DNA of 64,000 nucleotides from Escherichia coli (GTDB lineage Bacteria; Pseudomonadota; Gammaproteobacteria; Enterobacterales; Enterobacteriaceae): NCBI RefSeq assembly GCF_041248615.1, contig NZ_CP158426.1; one strand, 5' to 3'. Shown piece by piece: positions 56,137 to 64,000 of this stretch (position 1 is its first letter; each line of letters starts with the position of its first letter). The notes under the pieces were generated by a model. It saw only the letters and a program-made list of their open reading frames with translations, ran no database searches and was not told where the DNA came from. The position numbers and the translations under genes were made by a program.

Positions 56137-57171
56137 ATGATGAACAGCACCAATAAACTTAGTGTTATTATCCCGTTATATAATGCGGGCGATGATTTCC
56201 GCACTTGTATGGAATCTTTAATTACGCAAACCTGGACTGCTCTAGAAATCATTATTATTAACGATGGTTCAACGGATAATTCTGTTGAAATAGCAAAGCA
56301 TTACGCAGAAAACTATCCGCACGTTCGTTTGTTGCATCAGGCGAATGCTGGCGCATCGGTGGCGCGTAATCGTGGGATCGAGGTGGCGACGGGCAAATAT
56401 GTCGCTTTTGTCGATGCTGACGATGAGGTCTATCCCACCATATACGAAACGCTGATGACCATGGCGTTAGAGGACGACCTCGACGTGGCGCAGTGCAACG
56501 CTGACTGGTGTTTTCGTGAAACGGGAGAAACCTGGCAATCCATCCCCACCGATCGCCTTCGCTCAACCGGCGTATTAACCGGCCCGGATTGGTTGCGGAT
56601 GGGGCTTTCTTCCCGCCGTTGGACTCACGTTGTCTGGATGGGGGTTTATCGCCGCGATGTTATTGTTAAAAATAACATTAAATTTATTGCCGGATTACAT
56701 CATCAGGATATTGTCTGGACAACAGAATTTATGTTTAATGCGCTGCGTGCGCGATATACCGAGCAATCGTTATATAAATATTATCTGCATAATACGTCAG
56801 TGAGTCGGTTGAATAGACAAGGGAATAAAAACCTTAATTATCAACGTCACTATATTAAAATTACCCGCCTGCTAGAGAAATTAAATCGAAATTATGCCGA
56901 CAAAATTACGATTTATCCGGAATTTCATCAGCAAATAACTTACGAAGCATTGCGTGTTTGCCATGCGGTGCGCAAAGAGCCGGATATTATTACCCGCCAA
57001 CGGATGATTGCCGAGATATTTACTTCTGGTATGTATAAGCGCCTGATTACCAATGTGCGCAGCGTGAAGGTGGGTTATCAGGCGTTACTGTGGTCTTTCC
57101 GCTTATGGCAATGGCGCGACAAAACGCGGTCGCACCATCGCATTACGCGTAGCGCCTTTAATTTACGCTAG
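56137..57171 (+). CDS. waaH: GT2-family glycosyltransferase WaaH (YibD)
   Basis: 344-aa ORF; LSVIIPLYNAG and FVDADDEV motifs. Confidence 0.85.
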   Translation: MMNSTNKLSVIIPLYNAGDDFRTCMESLITQTWTALEIIIINDGSTDNSVEIAKHYAENYPHVRLLHQANAGASVARNRGIEVATGKYVAFVDADDEVYPTIYETLMTMALEDDLDVAQCNADWCFRETGETWQSIPTDRLRSTGVLTGPDWLRMGLSSRRWTHVVWMGVYRRDVIVKNNIKFIAGLHHQDIVWTTEFMFNALRARYTEQSLYKYYLHNTSVSRLNRQGNKNLNYQRHYIKITRLLEKLNRNYADKITIYPEFHQQITYEALRVCHAVRKEPDIITRQRMIAEIFTSGMYKRLITNVRSVKVGYQALLWSFRLWQWRDKTRSHHRITRSAFNLR

Positions 57172-58117
57172 CGTTAAGCTTCGCCGCTTCAGGCTGTTTG
57201 CCCCAGCCTTGCCACTGATGCTGGAAGTAAACGATCAGCGTGCTCTGGCTGATGCTTTCGCTTAATACTTCAAAGAAGCGATTAGCATAAACAGGTTCTA
57301 TCGGTTTCTTCGGTTTGCACAGCTTCACGCCACGGAACGGATTACGCGGTGTGTCAGGCACAGTGTTTTTCGGCGGTGTAGACGTATCAACCTGCGGTTC
57401 ATTCAGCAAGCTGCTGGCTTTCACCAGCGTAATGTCTGGCGGCAGGTTATAAACCATCTGTTGTAGCACGCGTACCGTTGAAGGGTGAGGATGCCCAATG
57501 GCAATGGTTGAACCGTTGCGACGCGCCAGATCAATTGCGCGATTGAACTGCACACGGATGTCCGCTTCATTTTGCGAATCGTCGAGGAACACTTTCCGTT
57601 TGATCACCTTCACGCCAGTGCCTTGCGCTGCGCGCATCGCCTGGGTATTACCGATGGTTACGCTGTCGAGGAAGTAAAGATTGTAACGCTCCAGCGCCTG
57701 CATCACTTTCTGCATACCAAACAGGTTAGAGGTCATCTTGCTGCCCATGTGGTTGTTGATCCCCACGGCATAGGGCACGTTATTGACCGCACTACGAATA
57801 ATGCGCTCAATTTCGTCGCTGCTCATCTCCGGGCGTAGCGTATTTTTCTCCAGCGGCTGTTTACTCAGTGGTGCCATCGGTAGATGAATCAACACTTCGT
57901 GACCGCTGTTATGCGCTTTGGTCGCCATCTCTCTGGCGTGCGGTGAATCGGGTAATACAGCGACGGAGATAGCGGAAGGCATCGCCAGCACCTGGTTTTC
58001 GTTGTGCGGGCGATACCCAAAATCATCAATGACGATGGCAAGTTTGCCAGCAATTACGGGGGAGGAGAGCGCCAACAGAGCGGCAAATGCAAGAACGTTA
58101 CGACGAAATGGAAACAA
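57158..58117 (-). CDS. yibQ: divergent polysaccharide deacetylase family protein YibQ
   Basis: 319-aa ORF with signal-like N-terminus; position between waaH and envC. Confidence 0.8.
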   Translation of the reverse strand: MFPFRRNVLAFAALLALSSPVIAGKLAIVIDDFGYRPHNENQVLAMPSAISVAVLPDSPHAREMATKAHNSGHEVLIHLPMAPLSKQPLEKNTLRPEMSSDEIERIIRSAVNNVPYAVGINNHMGSKMTSNLFGMQKVMQALERYNLYFLDSVTIGNTQAMRAAQGTGVKVIKRKVFLDDSQNEADIRVQFNRAIDLARRNGSTIAIGHPHPSTVRVLQQMVYNLPPDITLVKASSLLNEPQVDTSTPPKNTVPDTPRNPFRGVKLCKPKKPIEPVYANRFFEVLSESISQSTLIVYFQHQWQGWGKQPEAAKLNASVN

Positions 58118-58120
58118 AAC

Positions 58121-59380
58121 TTATCTTCCCAACCACGGCTGTGGATTGACGGCCTGACCCTGGCGACGAATTTCGAAATAGAGTGAAGGCCGACCCTGAC
58201 CGCCACTGCTGCCCACCAGTGCAATCGGCTGGCCCGCGCGAACCTGCGAACCAACGCTCACCAGTGCGCTCTGATTATAGCCGTAAAGACTCATGTCGCC
58301 TTTACCATGCTCAACCACCACCACCAGACCGTAGCCTTGCAGCCAGTCAGCCAGAATCACCCGACCGTCGGCAATTGCTTTAACTTCAGTACCTTCAGAG
58401 GCACCGATAACCATTCCTTTCCAGCGTAATTCGCCCTGTAGCTGCTCGCCATAGCGATGCAGCGTCGGCCCGCGAACTGGCCAGAATGCCTGACCACGCG
58501 GCGCACCCAGGCCACCAGTTCGGGACATCAGCGATTTTTCGCTTTCGGTCGGTTTGTAGGTGGTGCCTTTGCGCGTCGCTTCTTTCTGGCGGTCGCGAAC
58601 CGCCTGGGCCTCACGCGCTTCTCGTTCAGCACGCGCTTTCGCCGCGGCTTCCGCACGGGCAATGCTGTTACGCAGACGGGATTCGTTGGCGCGCAGCTCG
58701 CTCAACTGTTGCTGACCTTGCTGGATGGAAGACTCCAGCCCTGCCAGCGTCTTTTTACGCTCGTTCAGCGCCTGGGTCAGCTTCGCCTGTTGGGCGCGCT
58801 GCTCATACAACAGCGTTTGTTGCTCGCTCTGTTTCTCTTCCAGCTCGGCGCGTTGCATAGCGACTTCTTCACGCGTTTGTTTCAACTGAGCAATGGTTTC
58901 TTGTCGCGCCTGGTTGAGATAGCCGAAATAAGCCTGTAAACGCTGTCCACGCTGGCTTTCTTCACCGCTGAGAATCAGCTGAATACCGGTATGCTCGCCC
59001 TGACGGAATGCGGCATCCAGTTGTGCGGCGAGGCTGCGCTCCTGGGCGGCTTTTTGCTGCTCCAGTTTGGCAATCGACGCGTTCATCTCATCAATCTGTT
59101 TATTCAGTTGATTGAGCGTGTTTTGCGTTTCGCGCAGCTTACGGGTGGCTTCCGAGATCGCTTCTTCCTGCTTTTTCAACTGAGCAAGCAGGCTGGAGCG
59201 TTGTTGTTGCTTTTGGCGTACCGCGCGCTCTTTCGCGGCGATATCTGCCTGAATAGATTTGAGTTGGTCACGCTCATCCGCGTGGGCGGAAAAGGCGCAC
59301 AACAATACGCCAGCGCTAAGAACGCTGGCGTAGATGATGGGCCTGATTGCAAACCTGCGCGGTTTCACGGCCCGTGTCAT
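58121..59380 (-). CDS. envC: murein hydrolase activator EnvC
   Basis: ORF trimmed to MTRAVKPRRFAIRPIIYASVL (419 aa); coiled-coil then LytM-like C-terminus. Confidence 0.9.
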   Translation of the reverse strand: MTRAVKPRRFAIRPIIYASVLSAGVLLCAFSAHADERDQLKSIQADIAAKERAVRQKQQQRSSLLAQLKKQEEAISEATRKLRETQNTLNQLNKQIDEMNASIAKLEQQKAAQERSLAAQLDAAFRQGEHTGIQLILSGEESQRGQRLQAYFGYLNQARQETIAQLKQTREEVAMQRAELEEKQSEQQTLLYEQRAQQAKLTQALNERKKTLAGLESSIQQGQQQLSELRANESRLRNSIARAEAAAKARAEREAREAQAVRDRQKEATRKGTTYKPTESEKSLMSRTGGLGAPRGQAFWPVRGPTLHRYGEQLQGELRWKGMVIGASEGTEVKAIADGRVILADWLQGYGLVVVVEHGKGDMSLYGYNQSALVSVGSQVRAGQPIALVGSSGGQGRPSLYFEIRRQGQAVNPQPWLGR

Positions 59381-59413
59381 GGTATTAATCGCCTTTCCCC
59401 TCATGGGGAGGGA

Positions 59414-60958
59414 TTATTCCACGATGAACAGCGGCTTACCAGTCATCTCTTGCGGGATTTCCATACCCATCAGCGACAACATGGTCGGCGCGATGTCAGA
59501 AAGTTTGCCGCCTTCAACCGCTTTCACGTTCTTATCACCAACGTAAATCAGCGGAACTGGCAGGTTGGTGTGTGCCGTGTGTGCCTGACCCGTTGCCGGA
59601 TCGCGCATCTGTTCAGCGTTACCGTGGTCAGCGGTGATCAGCAGTTGTCCACCCACGGACTCAACCGCTTTCGCGACTTCTTCCACGCAGTGATCCAGCG
59701 CTTCAACCGCTTTAACCGCCGCTTCCATCACCCCGGTGTGACCTACCATGTCGCCGTTCGGATAGTTACAGATAATGGTGTCGTATTTGCCGCTCTTGAT
59801 TGCCGCAACCAGTTTTTCGGTCAGCTCTGCGGAGCTCATTTCCGGTTGCAGATCGTAGGTAGCCACTTTCGGAGAGTTGATCAGAATGCGATCTTCGCCT
59901 TTGAACGACTCTTCTACGCCACCGTTGAAGAAGAAAGTAACGTGGGCATATTTTTCGGTTTCGGAAATACGCAACTGAGTTTTGTCGTTTTTCGCCATCC
60001 ACTCGCCGAAGGTGTTAACCAGGGACGCTGGTGGGTAAGCAACCGCAGTTTTGATGTCAGCGGCGTATTCGGTCAGCATCACGAAATCGACGTTAACCAC
60101 TTTCTTGCGCGCGAAGCCATCGAAATCAGCGTTCACGAATGCACGAGTGATTTCACGCGCGCGGTCAGCACGGAAGTTCATGAAAATCAGCGCATCGCCG
60201 TCTTCCATTGCCGCGTCTGGCTGACCTTCTGCACGGATAACGGTCGCTTTCACGAATTCGTCGTTTTCGTCGCGAGCATAAGCAGCCTGCAAACCGGCAA
60301 CGGCGGTATCGGCCTGGAACTCACCCTGCGCCAGAGTCAGCAGGTCATAAGCTTTTTCAACGCGATCCCAACGGTTATCGCGGTCCATGGCGTAGTAACG
60401 ACCAATGATGGACGCTACGCGGCCTTTACCCAGCGCGGCAAATTTCTCTTCGAATTTTTTCAGCGAGGATTCAGCACTGCGCGGCGGAGTGTCGCGACCG
60501 TCAAGGAATGCGTGCAGGTAGATTTTTTCTGCGCCGCGTTCAGCGGCCAGTTCTACCATCGCCATGATGTGATCTTCGTGGCTGTGTACGCCGCCTGCGG
60601 ACAGCAGACCCATAATGTGAACTGCTTTGCCTGCGTTTTTCGCTTTATCTACCGCGCCAGTCAGTACCGGGTTAGCGAAGAAAGCGCGATCTTTGATTTC
60701 AACGTCCAGACGAGTCAGGTCCTGATACACGATGCGGCCGGCACCCAGGTTAACGTGGCCTACTTCGGAGTTACCCATCTGACGGTCAGGCAGACCGACT
60801 TCCAGACCGGAAGCGTCGATCAGGGTATGCGGACGATTGGCCCACAGTGCATCCATTACCGGGGTTTTAGCACTAAAAATGGCGTTATCCTGCTGTTCTT
60901 CACGATAGCCATAGCCATCCAGAATCACCAGTACCATAGGTTTTTTAGAAACCGACAT
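59414..60958 (-). CDS. gpmM: 2,3-bisphosphoglycerate-independent phosphoglycerate mutase
   Basis: ORF trimmed to [19 protein letters not shown] (514 aa). Confidence 0.92.
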   Translation of the reverse strand: MSVSKKPMVLVILDGYGYREEQQDNAIFSAKTPVMDALWANRPHTLIDASGLEVGLPDRQMGNSEVGHVNLGAGRIVYQDLTRLDVEIKDRAFFANPVLTGAVDKAKNAGKAVHIMGLLSAGGVHSHEDHIMAMVELAAERGAEKIYLHAFLDGRDTPPRSAESSLKKFEEKFAALGKGRVASIIGRYYAMDRDNRWDRVEKAYDLLTLAQGEFQADTAVAGLQAAYARDENDEFVKATVIRAEGQPDAAMEDGDALIFMNFRADRAREITRAFVNADFDGFARKKVVNVDFVMLTEYAADIKTAVAYPPASLVNTFGEWMAKNDKTQLRISETEKYAHVTFFFNGGVEESFKGEDRILINSPKVATYDLQPEMSSAELTEKLVAAIKSGKYDTIICNYPNGDMVGHTGVMEAAVKAVEALDHCVEEVAKAVESVGGQLLITADHGNAEQMRDPATGQAHTAHTNLPVPLIYVGDKNVKAVEGGKLSDIAPTMLSLMGMEIPQEMTGKPLFIVE

Positions 60959-61202
60959 TGCGACAACCTCATACTCAAGAGTCAAAATTTGCGTAATTTT
61001 ACTACAGCTGAATCGATAAAATAGCCTCTGAAGATCAAAATATACGACCGCTCGCAGCAAGCCGATGCCAGATTTGCGCTTTTTTTTCGTCGCGCCCCGC
61101 AAAATTGCATTCCAGTTAACGCGCTGGCTGTATTTGCCGCACCGCGCAGGTATACTCCTTTCCTGGTTTTTTTAATCACTACGTCGGGAGTTGTTACCCC
61201 CC

Positions 61203-61634
61203 ATGCAAGAAATTATGCAATTTGTTGGCCGTCATCCCATACTGAGTATCGCCTGGATCGCGTTACTGGTGGCGGTTCTTGTGACTACGTTTAAGAGCCT
61301 GACCTCGAAAGTGAAGGTGATTACTCGTGGTGAAGCTACGCGTCTGATCAACAAAGAAGATGCTGTGGTTGTGGATTTACGTCAGCGTGATGACTTCCGT
61401 AAAGGCCATATCGCAGGTTCTATCAACCTGTTGCCAAGCGAAATCAAAGCCAACAATGTTGGTGAGCTTGAGAAGCACAAAGACAAACCGGTTATCGTGG
61501 TAGACGGTTCTGGCATGCAGTGCCAGGAGCCTGCAAACGCGCTGACGAAAGCTGGTTTTGCGCAAGTATTCGTGCTGAAAGAGGGCGTTGCTGGCTGGGC
61601 TGGCGAAAACTTACCTCTGGTGCGCGGCAAATAA
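61203..61634 (+). CDS. yibN: rhodanese-domain protein YibN
   Basis: ORF trimmed to [18 protein letters not shown] (143 aa). Confidence 0.85.
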
Positions 61635-61776
61635 TTTACCTGTCGTCTTTCATGATGCAGGCCGTTAGCTGCAATTAGGCCCCCAGCGACTTATTGTTAT
61701 AAGCTTCTGGGGACACTCCATTTTGCAGCCGCCCTGTAACAAGAAATTTTCAGGGTAAAAAAACAGGAGCTAAGTT

Positions 61777-62028
61777 ATGGCCAATGTTGAAATCTATACC
61801 AAAGAAACCTGCCCGTATTGCCATCGTGCGAAAGCACTGCTGAGCAGCAAGGGCGTGAGTTTTCAGGAGTTGCCGATCGATGGCAACGCCGCTAAGCGTG
61901 AAGAGATGATCAAACGCAGCGGTCGCACCACGGTTCCCCAGATTTTTATTGACGCACAGCACATTGGCGGCTGTGATGACTTGTATGCATTGGATGCACG
62001 TGGTGGACTGGATCCCCTGCTGAAATAA
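61777..62028 (+). CDS. grxC: glutaredoxin 3
   Basis: 83-aa ORF with CPYC active site ([22 protein letters not shown]). Confidence 0.95.
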
Positions 62029-62090
62029 CGTGTGAACGTTGGCATTACATTGCGCAGTATTTAAGGACAACACTTAAGGGTTTTCTACAC

Positions 62091-62558
62091 ATGTCAGAAC
62101 AAAACAACACCGAAATGACTTTCCAGATCCAACGTATTTATACCAAGGATATTTCTTTCGAAGCGCCGAACGCGCCGCACGTTTTCCAGAAAGATTGGCA
62201 GCCAGAAGTTAAACTTGATCTGGATACGGCATCTTCTCAACTGGCAGATGACGTTTACGAAGTGGTACTGCGTGTTACCGTAACGGCCTCCCTGGGCGAA
62301 GAAACCGCGTTCCTGTGTGAAGTTCAGCAGGGCGGTATTTTCTCCATCGCGGGTATCGAAGGCACCCAGATGGCACATTGCCTGGGTGCATACTGCCCGA
62401 ACATTCTGTTCCCGTATGCTCGTGAGTGCATCACCAGCATGGTATCCCGCGGTACATTCCCGCAACTGAACCTTGCGCCGGTTAACTTCGATGCGCTGTT
62501 CATGAACTATTTGCAGCAGCAGGCTGGCGAAGGTACTGAAGAACATCAGGATGCCTGA
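62091..62558 (+). CDS. secB: protein-export chaperone SecB
   Basis: 155-aa [35 protein letters not shown]. Confidence 0.95.
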
Positions 62559-63577
62559 TGAACCAACGTAATGCTTCAATGACTGTGATCGGTGCCGGCT
62601 CGTACGGCACCGCTCTTGCCATCACCCTGGCAAGAAATGGCCACGAGGTTGTCCTCTGGGGCCATGACCCTGAACATATCGCAACGCTTGAACGCGACCG
62701 CTGTAACGCCGCGTTTCTCCCCGATGTGCCTTTTCCCGATACGCTCCATCTTGAAAGCGATCTCGCCACTGCGCTGGCAGCCAGCCGTAATATTCTCGTC
62801 GTCGTACCCAGCCATGTCTTTGGTGAAGTGCTGCGTCAGATTAAACCGCTGATGCGTCCTGATGCGCGTCTGGTGTGGGCGACCAAAGGGCTGGAAGCGG
62901 AAACCGGGCGTCTGTTGCAGGACGTGGCGCGTGAGGCGTTAGGCGATCAAATTCCGCTGGCGGTTATCTCTGGCCCAACGTTTGCGAAAGAACTGGCGGC
63001 AGGTCTACCAACGGCTATTTCGCTGGCCTCTACCGACCAGACCTTTGCCGATGATCTCCAGCAGTTGCTGCACTGCGGCAAAAGTTTCCGCGTTTACAGC
63101 AACCCGGATTTCATTGGCGTGCAGCTTGGCGGCGCGGTGAAAAACGTCATTGCCATTGGCGCGGGGATGTCCGACGGTATCGGTTTTGGTGCGAATGCGC
63201 GTACGGCGCTGATCACTCGTGGGCTGGCTGAAATGTCGCGTCTTGGCGCGGCGCTGGGGGCCGATCCTGCCACCTTTATGGGCATGGCGGGGCTGGGCGA
63301 TTTGGTGCTTACCTGTACCGACAACCAGTCGCGTAACCGCCGTTTTGGCATGATGCTCGGTCAGGGCATGGATGTACAAAGCGCGCAGGAGAAGATTGGT
63401 CAGGTGGTGGAAGGCTACCGCAATACGAAAGAAGTCCGCGAACTGGCGCATCGCTTCGGCGTTGAAATGCCAATAACCGAGGAAATTTATCAAGTATTAT
63501 ATTGCGGAAAAAACGCGCGCGAGGCAGCATTGACGTTATTAGGTCGTGCACGCAAGGACGAGCGCAGTAGCCACTAA
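62558..63577 (+). CDS. gpsA: NAD(P)H-dependent glycerol-3-phosphate dehydrogenase
   Basis: 339-aa ORF with N-terminal GAGSYGTA Rossmann motif; overlaps secB stop. Confidence 0.95.
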   Translation: MNQRNASMTVIGAGSYGTALAITLARNGHEVVLWGHDPEHIATLERDRCNAAFLPDVPFPDTLHLESDLATALAASRNILVVVPSHVFGEVLRQIKPLMRPDARLVWATKGLEAETGRLLQDVAREALGDQIPLAVISGPTFAKELAAGLPTAISLASTDQTFADDLQQLLHCGKSFRVYSNPDFIGVQLGGAVKNVIAIGAGMSDGIGFGANARTALITRGLAEMSRLGAALGADPATFMGMAGLGDLVLTCTDNQSRNRRFGMMLGQGMDVQSAQEKIGQVVEGYRNTKEVRELAHRFGVEMPITEEIYQVLYCGKNAREAALTLLGRARKDERSSH

Positions 63578-63656
63578 AACCAGGGAACCTTTGTTACCGC
63601 TATGACCCGGCCCGCGCAGAACGGGCCGGTCATTATCTCATCGTGTGGAGTAAGCA

Positions 63657-64000
63657 ATGTCGTGTGAAGAACTGGAAATTGTCTGGAACAATATTAAAGC
63701 CGAAGCCAGAACGCTGGCGGATTGTGAGCCAATGCTGGCCAGTTTTTACCACGCGACGCTACTCAAGCACGAAAACCTGGGCAGTGCACTGAGCTACATG
63801 CTGGCGAACAAGCTGTCATCGCCAATTATGCCTGCCATTGCTATCCGCGAAGTGGTGGAAGAGGCCTACGCCGCCGACCCGGAAATGATCGCTTCTGCGG
63901 CCTGTGATATTCAGGCTGTGCGTACCCGCGATCCGGCGGTGGATAAATACTCAACCCCGTTGTTATACCTGAAAGGTTTTCATGCCTTGCAGGCCTATCG
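63657..64000 (+). CDS. cysE: serine O-acetyltransferase CysE, N-terminal part (continues past window end)
   Basis: ATG at 63657; translation MSCEELEIVWNNIKAEARTLADCEPMLASFYHATLLKHENLG. Confidence 0.9.
   Translation, partial: MSCEELEIVWNNIKAEARTLADCEPMLASFYHATLLKHENLGSALSYMLANKLSSPIMPAIAIREVVEEAYAADPEMIASAACDIQAVRTRDPAVDKYSTPLLYLKGFHALQAY

Overview
This window reads as an Escherichia coli chromosomal segment running xanP-gltS-recG-trmH-spoT-rpoZ-gmk-ligB-yicG-dinD ... yicC-rph-pyrE-slmA-dut-coaBC-radC-rpmBG-mutM-coaD-waaA, the waa LPS-core locus, then kbl-tdh-waaH-yibQ-envC-gpmM-yibN-grxC-secB-gpsA-cysE, in the opposite orientation to the usual K-12 map. All gene identities are from my own reading of the translated ORFs and recalled synteny; no database search was run. 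Two regions are accessory. (1) A roughly 19 kb integrative island (about 13035-32071) sits between dinD and yicC, bounded by imperfect 24-bp direct repeats. It carries a P4-family tyrosine integrase, an AlpA-type regulator, an antirepressor-like gene, a chain of translationally coupled small genes ending in a large primase-helicase, and two copies of a 9-bp iteron array. Its cargo includes an Abi_2 (AbiD/AbiF-like) abortive-infection candidate, a PerC-like small regulator, a small secreted protein, and a five-gene operon (53, 153, 225, 473, 701 aa) of Q/N/G/A-rich proteins with glycine-zipper hydrophobic tails, preceded by a perfect LexA-box consensus. That operon is the most interesting candidate for an undescribed system; by gene order and length it resembles the ejection-protein block of P22-like podoviruses, but this is not sequence-verified. 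(2) The waa locus has an R1/R4-type outer-core gene order rather than K-12 type. A strain-specific 288-aa ORF also lies between gltS and recG. No rRNA, tRNA or CRISPR arrays were seen.
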